From NCBI GenBank assembly GCA_010093995.1, contig ML992520.1, forward strand, positions 62,001-126,000: a DNA stretch of 64,000 nucleotides, in the 5' to 3' direction. Below, piece after piece: positions 50,901-62,105 of the stretch. The position numbers were made by a program, and so were the translations under genes. The notes below the pieces were generated by a model. That model was not told where the DNA came from. It ran no database searches and saw nothing but the letters and a program-made list of their open reading frames with translations. Within the stretch, counting starts at the first letter, position 1. Every line of letters begins with the position of its first letter. The DNA is from Elsinoe ampelina. Lineage: Eukaryota.

Positions 50901-51797
50901 TACGACGAGCACGGAAATCAAGTGAAAAGACGAGGACGACCCGTTGGTTGGAGGAAAGCAATCCATAGCAAAGAGGCTCATGGCCTAGGTTCGTCCGGCC
51001 CTTCAACACAAAGACCAAAGAGTAACATGCCCAGCCAAAGCGATATGAAACGTCGTGGTCGTCCCCCCGCCGAACGTCAAGACCGCGAAGAGCGCGCACC
51101 TTCACCTCGCTACAACATCTATCACTGCCGGTGGGATCAATGCAACGCCGAGCTTCACAACCTAGACACTCTCCGCAAGCATGTTCTCAAAATTCACGGT
51201 ATCCCCTTGAACAAGATCTTCACCTGTCGCTGGATCACTTGCGGCGCATCACATGCCACTGATGCAAAAGGCAAGGCACCAGCACAAGGTCATCACGAAT
51301 TCCCCACCATCGATAAGTGGATGACACACGTCGAGACTACCCACATCCTTCCCCTTGCACAAACCCTGGGCGACGGTCCTCGCTCAGGTCTTTCAGGTGA
51401 GGACATCCCTCACTTATAAACAGACATTTACTGATCCATGAAAGACGCTTACGACTCCGAAACATCTCAAGCGTATCTGTCCGACGCATCAGGCCGGATC
51501 ATTACTCCTCGCGCAACCCCTCTCGCCGACGTAGCCGAGGAAGACGAACGACAAGGGAACAATCTTGCGCCAATCTTACGACGAGGCATGCCCAGAGTGA
51601 GAGGCACGCTGAGCCAAGACCAAAAGGACGATGAGTACAAGCTTCAACAATTGGAGGCGAAGAAGCTCATACTTGGTCCGGTGTGGGATAAGGGAGGGGC
51701 TACATTGGTGACGGATAAGAGGAGAAAGGGGTTGTATGATGATGAGGATTTTGAGGAGGAGACTGAAGCTGATGATGGGCCTGAGTGGGAGGGGTAG
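47982..51797 (+). CDS. Large AT-hook plus C2H2 zinc-finger chromatin-associated protein
   Basis: Q/N/Y-rich N-terminus, coiled coil, YDPRTIARDVLLATGRHP, three RGRP AT-hooks and YHCRWDQCNAELHNLDTLRKHVLKIH. Intron ~51398-51444 joins the last exon. Confidence 0.88.
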
Positions 51798-52631
51798 AGG
51801 GAAATAGGTAGGGGAAGCATTGCTCGTGGACATGTCACGGGGTATGCATTAGCGATTGGTAGCTATTAGCGATGATGATGAATGCTATCAATGAGCACCT
51901 TGCCATCCGTCTGCTCGCCTGATGCTCACTCGTTCCTGCGACGTTCCACGACGACTCTTGTTCGTGCAATCCATTGGACCGATTTCCACGTCTGCTGCAA
52001 CGCCCAAAATGCGAGGATGCATGTTCGACAGACTAGCCACACCATTGCTTCGATGAGCAGCGAAAGCACTCGGACTAAGAGACATCCGAAGTTGTAGGCC
52101 CAATTCAGCAATTCAACCAGTGAGAATACAAGGTGCCAGAAAAGTGCAAATCTGTACAGGTGAAAGATACGCAGCTTCACTTCCCACGACAGACCCCCAA
52201 AATAGCTTCCAACAGCCCTGTAACTCCTAATGTATAAGCGTGCCAATTCACACCAGCCCCGAAAGAAGCCCTTCTCTATCGCAATCGCGGCCAACGTCGC
52301 CCAAGGCAGCGGCAACGCTTCGTAGATAATGTCGAAGATGTAATCGAGTATCTGATTCTTCCGGTGGCAAGTAAAGATCATCAAGGCCACCAGTGCTTGA
52401 AAGCAGAGTAGACGTCGGCGGAACCACCTGAACGACCTCCCATGTGCGTAGGAAAGGAGCCGCTAGGCGCCACACGGCCGACGGTTCTGATGTCCAGGAT
52501 TGCTATCCCCGTTGGATTCTGCGTGCGATGTTTCTTGCTGTTACTCCGAGTAGGAGGCCCGCGAGAGCAGCGCCCGAGGCCAGCGTGAGGGTTGTGAAGA
52601 TCCAGATGAGAGTGAGAAGGAGGGTGCGTGA

Positions 52632-52793
52632 CTATCGCTTGCCCGCGGCGACGGCGGGGCCGTTGTTATCGACGATGGTGGAGGTGGGGACGTCTTTGGC
52701 GTTTACTTCGAGGAAGTGGTAGAGGACGATGAGGAGCATTGCTGCTGAGCCGAGGAAGATGGCTAGCGATTGGAGGGCGGAGTCGGTGATCAT
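52632..52793 (-). CDS. OST4: Oligosaccharyltransferase subunit 4 (53 aa; below the ORF-track cut-off)
   Basis: MITDSALQSLAIFLGSAAMLLIVLYHFLEVNAK matches the Ost4 signature. Confidence 0.93.
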   Translation of the reverse strand: MITDSALQSLAIFLGSAAMLLIVLYHFLEVNAKDVPTSTIVDNNGPAVAAGKR

Positions 52794-53281
52794 ATTACCG
52801 TCTTGCGGGAGCGACTAGGATGTATTTTGAAGAGTTTGAGATGACTTCTGAGCGATTGGAGAGGGGAGGAACCTGAGGTCTTGGTGACGAACGATTGAAA
52901 TGTCGTGTGATCGATCAATGGTTTGTTGCGGTAGAGAGCAATTGATCTGGAAAGAGAAGTTGACAGCTTGAAGCTCTAAAGTTCTTCATATAGCAAGATA
53001 TGGTCACCCGTAATCACGGAGAGAAGTCTTGCCAAGCCCCGACGACTCCCACCCCCACCACTCCGTCATTCTTCAGGTACGGATTTCGACATTGACACAG
53101 CCAATTCATCGAGCCGGTCTCTGAGCCCAGCGCCTTCCACAGCGACCCTCACGCGACCTCATCTTCATCCGAACCTGACATCACACCTTTTGCTTCACTC
53201 GGACCTCTCAAGGCGCCACCGGTCCCACACACTGACTGACTCCACATCAAACGAGCAAATCGCGAATCCACCACCACAACC

Positions 53282-54360
53282 ATGCCTCCCAAAAAGGGCG
53301 ACCAGCCCAAAGCGGCCAAAACAGCCGTCGACAAGACCTTCGGCATGAAGAACAAAAAGGGCGGCGCAGCACAGAAGCAGATCAAGCAAATCCAACAACA
53401 GGTCGCCAGCGCCAAGACCCCCGAGCAAAAGAAGAAGGAAGCCGAGAAGGAAGCGCGAGAAAAGGAGAAAGCCGCAGCGGAGCAAGCGAAGCGAGAAGCG
53501 GCCGAGTTGTTCAAGCCTGTGCAAGTGCAAAAGGTGCCATTCGGAGTGGACCCGAAGACGGTGGTATGTCAGTTCTTCAAGAAGGGGGCGTGTGACAAGG
53601 GGAAGAAGTGCAAGTTCTCGCACGACTTGGATGTGGCGAGGAAGACGGAGAAGAAGAATCTGTACTCGGATATGAGAGATGGAGAAGAGGAGGACGATGA
53701 GCAGAAGAAGGATGACATGGCGGATTGGGATGAGGAGAAGTTGAGGAGCGTGGTGCTCAGTAAACACGGCAACCCAAAGACGACGACAGACAAGGTGTGC
53801 AAGTATTTCATCGAAGCGGTGGAGAACGGGAAGTATGGGTGGTTTTGGACTTGTCCGAATGGGGGAGACAAGTGCATGTACCGGCATAGTTTGCCGCCAG
53901 GGTACGTGATCTCCTCACTCTGATACGAACACCAACTGATTATCGCAGATTCGTACTAAAAACAAAGGAACAACGAGCAGCAGAGAAAGCTCTCATGGAC
54001 AAAAGTCCCCTCGCTACACTCACACTCGAGGACTTCCTCGAATCAGAACGACACAAGCTCACCGGCACGCTCACGCCTGTAACACAGGAATCATTCGCCA
54101 AATGGAAGAAGGAGCGATTAGACAAGAAGGCCGCAGAAGAAGAGGCGAAGAAGATGAAAGAAGCCACAGGACGAGCAATGTTCGAAAAGGGCGACTGGGA
54201 CGCATCAGGCGACGAAGACGAAGATGGAGAGGACTCAGGGGCATGGAACTTGGAGGCATTACGGCGAGAGACGGAAGCGGCTAGACAAAGGAAAGAAGAG
54301 GAGAGGTTGGCGGCCTTGCATGGTGAAGATGGAGGTGGCGGGGTGACGAATGGAGTCTAG
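53282..54360 (+). CDS. TMA46: Translation machinery-associated protein 46 (ZC3H15 family)
   Basis: [25 protein letters not shown], two CCCH fingers and [16 protein letters not shown]. Intron ~53902-53949. Confidence 0.96.
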
Positions 54361-54646
54361 AGACGATCAGGGGACGAAGAAAATGTTGCTAGGTTCATTG
54401 ATAGCGTTACTGCATGATGCCCTCAGACACTCGGGCCGAATAGAAACCAACGTACTCTCATCCAACTTCGCCAATCCAGCTTGTTCGCTATTCGACACCG
54501 CCGACCGACCGACTCGAAAGACCAAGACTATATCCAACTACCCCACGGATATACCCAGCAGTCTGGACGACCAAGCTCTACTCTTCCGGGACTTCTTCGA
54601 TCGCATCCATTCGTAGCTTGGCGTCTCGCCAGACCGGGCACACAGA

Positions 54647-55594
54647 TCAGTTCCAACTGCTCGAGTCGTCCCAACCGTTGCTGGGCGGCGCGATTTCCTC
54701 CGATCTATGGATACGATAGTAGCTGGTACAGTCTCTGCTCGGCAGAATATCCCATGGACCCGGCATCCGCCTGAGCAGACAATGGCGGCCCCATGCCTTC
54801 TGCCAATTATCGTTCATACCGGGATCAAGCTGGGACCACTGAAGCCAGATCTCACTCTCGGGATCCTGGGACTGTGCGCATCGCCGAAGGTCGCCGTATC
54901 GGTCGTAATCCGTTTCTGTCGCATTGCCTACGTGCGCCACAAAGTCGAAGATATATTGGGCCAGTCGCTTGACCATGTCGCTGGTACTGAGATCCTCCAG
55001 GCTGTCACGAGCGATGGACCTGAGCAATCCAATTTCATGATCGACGTAGCCATGGTAGCTACTGCAGAACGGCCCGCTGAAATGGACTTCGCTGGAGAGG
55101 TGCTTCGAGAATCGACGATAAAAGAGCGACCACTTGACCAAATTGGCAACTGTCATGTGTCGGCCACAATCCCAGAAGTACATCTCGACTTTGCGCAATT
55201 TGTCGCCAGACTGAGCCAGGCAGTCGTCCATGATCCTCAGGGCATGCTCGAGTGAATGGGCATCAAAGTTGTCGAGATGCATGGTGAACTGATCTCGCCG
55301 GGTCTCCAGAAAGCGGCTCATGGCCACAGCGTGAAAAGGGCTTTCCGGCCTGCAGATGGCTGGGATAGTGGCGTACTCGCGCCTCCAAGAGTGGCAGTCG
55401 CCAGGTATCACATAACGTGGGATACTACTTGAGACGCCCGTGAGCTTGCTTGGGCCATCGTGGTGCAGGAAGGTAAAGTCTGCTATCATGATCTGGAGTT
55501 CGCATGGTGGGAGAGGTATCTTCTTCTGGTCCTTGAGTGTGTTGGCTGACGATGCTGTGGTTGCGGCGTCGTCGCTGAGAGCCGCCGACTCCAT
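54647..55594 (-). CDS. Unknown-family paralogue A (divergent, intact frame)
   Basis: IPAIC..SPF, LDNFDAHSLEH, KVEMYF, LVKWSLFYRRFSKHLSSEVHF and LLRSIA align by eye with copies C-E. Confidence 0.7.
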   Translation of the reverse strand: MESAALSDDAATTASSANTLKDQKKIPLPPCELQIMIADFTFLHHDGPSKLTGVSSSIPRYVIPGDCHSWRREYATIPAICRPESPFHAVAMSRFLETRRDQFTMHLDNFDAHSLEHALRIMDDCLAQSGDKLRKVEMYFWDCGRHMTVANLVKWSLFYRRFSKHLSSEVHFSGPFCSSYHGYVDHEIGLLRSIARDSLEDLSTSDMVKRLAQYIFDFVAHVGNATETDYDRYGDLRRCAQSQDPESEIWLQWSQLDPGMNDNWQKAWGRHCLLRRMPGPWDILPSRDCTSYYRIHRSEEIAPPSNGWDDSSSWN

Positions 55595-56430
55595 GCCTTG
55601 GGGCAAAGGTCAGCACATGACAAGACCCGACAAGGACCAGATCACGTACCTTGTGATACCTCGAGGGGTGTTCGGAATGGTGGTATCTCCTACTCCAGCC
55701 AGGATTATGGATGCTAGTCACGTGAAACCTGGTATGAAAGACCTCAGGTATTGTCGTTTGGTTGTAATGATACGACATCAACAATGATGGGATAAAAATC
55801 TCACGATCGATGCTCATTCGATGAAAAGGATGGAAAAAGTTGGCTTTCACAGCGAGGTTGTGTGGTGTGTTGGAATTCGAAGTCTATCGAGAAGAAGGCC
55901 CTGGTCAACCCGACCTTAGAGGCAAGTACGATCCACCTCAACATGTCCAACCCAGCGGATCCCAATCTCTGTCTTGGAAAACACAGTGGGAAGGCATGTA
56001 TGCTTGGTTGCGTCGACAACAGCTGGAACTGTCTTTGTCATCTTAAGGCCCCGCGATCGGCTTTGTTGAGAACAAAGACAGTCTTGTAGTCCTTGTTGAA
56101 GGCGCTGGAGATCTGTTGTAAAAAGGTCGACTGGATCAACAGCTCTGTGGATGCACGGGGCTGCATGCTCAGCATGATAGGCAGATACGCTTTGACTCGA
56201 AGGGCTCTGCATGGGAACAAATCATTTCGAGAGGCAATAGAAATGTCCTGACTAGTAATGCCTTGCCTGGAGGATGATCATACCATTGAGAGGAGCCCTC
56301 ACAGCGGCGTCTGTCCACCAATCCGCCTCTGCAACTTCGACCTGACAGAAGTATTGGATGCCGATCTACCTGCCTGCCACCTCGGTCTTACAACCCGAAT
56401 CAAGTAACCGCCACACCTCTCGCTCTTCGT

Positions 56431-57220
56431 TCAAGAATTCTCCCTCAGTCTTGCAATGGCAGGCAAGGACCGTGTGATAGGAAGGTTTGTCAAGCGGGAA
56501 TGGAAATACATATGTCCAAGCCTACCAAAATCGTTCTCAAGTTCCTGAGAAGTGCGTTTGGTCAAGTCGCGGTACCTCGGACAACAATGTGGGAACCTGA
56601 AGCTGAAGATCAATTCAGTCAAACATCTCGGCAGCCTTTTGTCATCGACGTCTCGCTGGGATGCTGGACCGAAGCGCTTGCACCCTTCCATGGCTGCGTC
56701 TGCGATAAACTGTAACAATATCTCTTCCTGACGGCGCAATGGGAGGTAGTCCTGATACCCAGAGCAACTACCGAATGTCACTCGTGCAAAGAGATTACCA
56801 GCGAATGACCTGAAGAACTAGAACCAGCTGGCGATGGTGTCAATATTCAGCTGTACATCACAAGAAAGGACGTGTATGTTCATGTCTGGCTACGTGTCCC
56901 TTGCAAGTGTTGCAACCTTCCGCATGGTCACCCTGAGATGCCCTAGTTGATGTCGATCGAAAGCAGATATCGTGAGCGTTAAGTTTTGCGGTCTCAACGC
57001 AGACTACAACATGGAAAATCTTGCAGGATTGAAGTGCAACGCATACTGGTGGCATCTAAATCTTGTCCCGGAATACCACCTGATCCTCAAAAGTCGCCCA
57101 TATCACCACCTTCTCCTCGAATGATTTGTCCGAATAGACCAATCTGTCCATTGGAACGGAATCCATCATGCATAGGTCGACAACCATCTGCCGGACTTCT
57201 GGTGTCAGTCGGTTGATGAG
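56431..57220 (-). pseudogene. Unknown-family paralogue B, disabled
   Basis: LTPEVRQMVVD..I*MPPVC, a frameshift, then LTISAFDRHQLGHL..T*P..IASWF*FFRSFAGNLFARVTF..EEILLQFIA..FGP. TAG at 57056, 56890 and 56818. Confidence 0.7.
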
Positions 57221-58075
57221 TCTATCAGGACCGTCAAGACCTGGTCTACCGGGGCCTTGAGTACTGTAAGAAAGCCCAATTAAAGCAGAATCCCAAAGGT
57301 CGAGCTGGACGAAAGACTCGGATATGCTCTCGCCGATGGCAAAATCCGGGAAGCTCACGCAATCGAATTGAAGCTGTCTTCAATTGCTCCGGGATGGAGA
57401 ATATCATTTCCATGATATGGTGCAAAGAAGCTTGGTCCCCATTTACCTGATGCACCGAGATCCCACTGCCTAGCGTATCAGTGGCACAGATTGATCCTGA
57501 TTGTTTCAAAAGCCAAAGACTCTACAGATATCGACCGACGCAACGATCAATGAATGTTTTGCACACGCAAGGCGCTGGATTACAGGCTGGTCTCGTTGTG
57601 GTTCAAGAGAATCGCACATGTTATGATGTCAAATACTCATTACCGGATCTTGTTTGCTGCATCGATTCGAAACACTCCGGTCGAGTGTATCCAAGCATTT
57701 GTCATTGTTTGAGGGTTTTCCACTTCATAATCTATGCGGGAAAACGATACAGCAATATTCGGATCGCTCGGTCCTCTAGAGATTGTGTTTGAATCACTGG
57801 CTTTGATCTGAAGTCTTTGAAACACACCGTGTGGCCGCTGACAGCTACGGACATGAAATCGCGATATTGTGATTCGTCTTTAGCAAGCTTGACTGTTCCT
57901 GCAAAGACTGTATCCTTGCATGATGAGAGATTTATGGAGGCAAAAATCTAAAATCACTAGCCCAGACAAGGACCATGAAGGCTCTCACTGAGCTGGAGCA
58001 GGCTACTAGAATTGAGGAGCGAGGTCTTTTGATTGCACCCTCAATACCTTGATCTCCGCCAACACCATCTGCTTA

Positions 58076-59125
58076 TCACTGCTCCTCCTGTTCCGCCGCG
58101 CCCATCTCATCCTCCTCCCCACCTTCCTCCTCGTCATCCGAATGACAGGGTGTCTCATATGTGCCATCACCCGTCAGAGGCTTTCCTCCGTCCGACCAGG
58201 AAGTGAAGTGGTGAAACCTTTCTTCGAGAAGCTGCCTGTCAGCTTGGGTGTGTAAGCACTCCAGGCCGCGAGGTGGACCAAATCTGCGAATGTCTTCTCG
58301 AGGCTAGTTCCACACCAGGTACTCCTCCATCTCAAAGTCGCAGCCCCACCAGCTGCCCTTTCCTTCCTAGTGTGGCCTAGAGTGAAGTTCCTTGACTCTA
58401 TCGTGATCTGGGAAGCTGGAGTGTCCTCGACAGATCAAGCTGTAAACCAGACTATCCCAATTCTCCTCTCGCCATATATCCTCCGCGTCCCGTGGCGGGC
58501 CGTACTGTGCGTGAAGATCTTTAGCGGTCTTCGCGATGCGACGGATCAAGCATCTCTCCGCCTCCTCGTCCGCCATGACGTCGAAGATGATGTCTCGATT
58601 CTCGCAGTCCCTCGCCCGTTCATGATCAAATGAAACCTTTCCAGAAAGATACTCGGCGTATTCCCGAAATATGATGAACCACGCCATCAGCATATCCGAG
58701 GTCAGCGAGGCTTTGCTGAACAAGAATCTCACCTCGATATTCTTGACCATGGCTCGAGATATGCTGACGACATGCTTGACAGTATCGTGGAGGTGAACCA
58801 TGGAGTGATAATCCAGATCGTTGATCACGATTCGGCAGCGATTGAGTCGTAGCAGCTCCATCGTGGCAAGTTCTCCAAGTGGCCCATCATAGCTGCAGAT
58901 ACCAGGCGCTTCCATACGTATTACGAATGGTCGATCATTGAAACAGGTCGCGCCTACTTGCAGGCGGTGCTCCGCGCGATAAGGAGCGTCTCGAGGTGCT
59001 TCATACCTGGTGAGAAGCTCCGGGTCGGTTACAAGTGCCTTTACCACTGTCAGGAATTCTTCGCGTGAGAGGTCTTGGAAGGACCTAGCGATCCCTTTCT
59101 CCTCCGTTGGAGCTGTGGTTGACAT
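58076..59125 (-). CDS. Unknown-family paralogue C, 349 codons with two in-frame TAG (pseudogene or recoded gene)
   Basis: The frame continues past TAG 58367 and TAG 58304 to TGA 58076. The tail LTGDGTYETPCHSDDEEE matches copy E ATGDHTYQTPDQSEDE. Confidence 0.75.
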
Positions 59126-59961
59126 TGTGCGATTTTCGACTCCGCCATGTCACGGACTCAGGAGAGATATGTCGTGTTGGTGAGCTGAGGAAGCAGCAAA
59201 TTCCTGCGCTTATAGCTGAATTCTGTCAAGAAAAGAAAGCGAGCGGATAGAGAAAGAAGAAAGAACAAGCGGGAGATTAGGTTGTTGAGTGTGATACCAG
59301 ATGTGCGGACAGATTTATCTGTTGCTGATCTCTGCAAGGGTAATCTGAACGAGCGAGATCCATGATCATGACCAGATTTATATGTAGCCTCACATGAGGA
59401 GGCCAAGCGGACAGAGTTGCAGCGTCAACACACTAGTCTCCACGCAACATCACTCCTATCTGTGCAACTTCGCCAGCACATTGGAAGTCAGGTCCATTGT
59501 ACCACTGTGTCGAAGGAAAGAATGCTCACTCTGTGGACCAAAATAATTCTGGCGGGCACAGGATTTATCACTGTATGACGATCGTCATGGAAACACCTGT
59601 ACGCGAAATTCTTCGCTCAGAGATCTGCCTGATGTACACAATCACCGTAACACAGCATTTAACTGCCAACTCTACGGGCCCGTACCGAGGCAAGGAGTTG
59701 CTCGATCGTCGTTAGTCCCTGGCAAGCATATTCTAGCCATGTGATTGGTCGCGATCGAGGGGACTAAATGCTTGCATCTCAGCATCTATCACGGTTCTGG
59801 TCATACTGAACTCGACCGCACACTGTCAAAGAGCTTCTGTCTTTCTAAAGTAAAGTGTCCAGCTATCGACGCTGTTCTGCTTGGAGTACGCAGCTAGCCG
59901 AAGTCTTGTCTGCCTGGGAACAATCCACATGTGTACAAGCAAAGCCGAAAAGGGGCTCTCA

Positions 59962-61055
59962 TCAGTCTTCGACCTCTTCTTGGTCCTCCATCCCAGCGTC
60001 TTCTGCACCCGATCCATCCTCTTCATCACTTGATGTTACAGGCGTTTCGAATGTCTCGTCGCCCGTCTCCGATCTTCGGGGTGAGTCGGCCAACACAAGG
60101 CTTCACTGATACCGGGCTTCTTTCCGTTGAACCTGAAACACCCGTGTCTGGCGCCGCGCCACCAACGTTGGTCCCAAGGCCAGTGCCACAGCAAGCCTTC
60201 CATCTCGGAATATCCCTCTGATCGATTGCCATCGTTATTCCAGTGGGGTCCGGGGTACAATTGCCTGACTCTGTCGCTGTCAGGAAAGTTGTACTGGAGC
60301 TTGATCAAACGCCAGACGCTGTAGACCCAGTCTTCTTTTTCCCAGACATCCTCCACTCTTTCCCAGATGTCATCCACTTTTTCCCAGAGATCATCCACTT
60401 CGACGACTGGCCCAAGTTTGGCATACATATCCATTCCTGCTCTAGTAATGCGTCGAATGAGATACCTTTCGTTGGTCTCGTCGTCCTGCTCGGCTTCCTC
60501 TTCTTCACCATCGTGAATCCCATGAACACAACGTTTTTCGCCAAAATGCACCTTTCCTGAGAGATATGGTGCATACTGGCGGAAAACTGTGAACCAGACC
60601 ATTAGAGCATCCACTTCGAGGGGGGCCCTGCTCAGGAAGAGGTGTACTTCGATTTGCTTCACAAGACCATCTGACTTTCCAATCACCTGTCTGAGTGCTT
60701 CAATCAAGTGGTGGATCGAGTGAAAGTCCAGATCGTTGATTTAGATGCGGCATTTGTTGAGGCGAAAAAGTTCGAGTGCAGCTAGGGCACCAATTGGTCC
60801 ATCCAATTCGCAGATTGGAGGGCCAGAGCAGCGGACTGTAAAAGGTCGATCACCAAAGCATGTAGCACCGATCGCCAAGCGGTCCTCGTACAGATGGGGC
60901 GCATTCTCGGATGCTTTGTAACGCGTGAGTATAGCTGGATCGGTGACCAGCGGCTTCACGATGCTCAAAAATTCTTCTCGCGAGAGATCCTTGAAGGACG
61001 CCGCGGTAGAGCTCGGCTGCATGTCGCTAGTCTGGTTTTGCGTAGAGGTCGACAT
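59962..61055 (-). pseudogene. Unknown-family paralogue D, with nonsense codon and frameshifted tail
   Basis: RLNKCRI*INDLDFHS (TAA 60741) joins two track ORFs in frame. The conserved tail ETGDETFETP..SDEE lies in another frame ending at 59962. Confidence 0.8.
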
Positions 61056-62105
61056 TCTGGGCTCATGAGAATGGAAGGTATCTGTGTGTCTCAGCGGCAG
61101 AAAGAGGAGGATGGGGCCTTATAAACAAACGTACGAGATTTGTCAAGAAAAGCAAGTACTTCAAAGAATGGCGCAGTCTGGACAATTTGGATTCATAATG
61201 TGAATGAAGGTTGTCAAGATGAACAAGGTTTGAGTTAAAAGCAAGGTGGTTTAGGACTAGGCGTGTGAAAAGATGGCGAGGCTGTTCTTCAGAAAACGCT
61301 GGTAGAGACATCGTCTGCTCAGCTGCTGTATGGATTTATACTCACACGGCCCCAAAGGATCTGCCGTCATCGATACGATGCGTTTGGTCGCGGTACCAGG
61401 TACAACACTGCCAGCACATCACGTCTATGTTGCTCTGACTGAGGAGAAGGACTACCAAACGCAGGAAAGAGATGAGGTGGCCAACACATCGGTTTTGAAA
61501 CGAAGGCCCACTTGCTGCATCCACACTTGACAAAATGTCGGATTGGTAGTACAGTCCCACTGCACCTTCTCTGGTCACGATGACACAGTGATTGTTTGTC
61601 ACACATGGTGACCAGCAGGACGGCAGACTGCAGATCGCCACGCGTACGGTTTCGAAGCAGAAGTCCGGAACTTCTATTCAGCCTGAGTCATGCCGGCATA
61701 TGCTGTCGATCTAACCGAGGCTTGACAGGAGAGTCCCACACGAATGAGGGTATTCATATACGGCGACTCGTGAGACTCGGACCAAAGTCACGATATGCAT
61801 TCAATCTAATCTAGCTGTATCTATGATAAGCTTGTAACGCGTCTTCTGACCAAAGGTCTGTCGTTCGAGTGCTATCCATGTATGAAGGAGCAGTCTGACG
61901 ACTGCTGGGCAAGAGCATGCTGCTCTTGCATGTAGTGCAATATGATTCTCAAAGCCGCGATCATTCACTGCGTGCGCGACCTTCGCCGTATCTTTTTCGA
62001 GCTCATCTCACTCTTGATCGATCACCTCCCAGCGACTTCCCTCCAGTACGTATCAACCTGCCATATTATTCCCATGTTGAGGCGCCTCTTCATCGAATCT
62101 GCTTG

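Noticed and set aside
56038..56220. KTVFVLNKAD resembling a GTPase G4 motif
   Set aside because: Isolated in a short frame; no P-loop or DxxG found nearby.
52503..58369. Genome-wide UAG reassignment as an explanation for the in-frame TAGs
   Set aside because: Conserved genes here (egt1, SDR, PL3, RPL26, TMA46) end normally at TAG.
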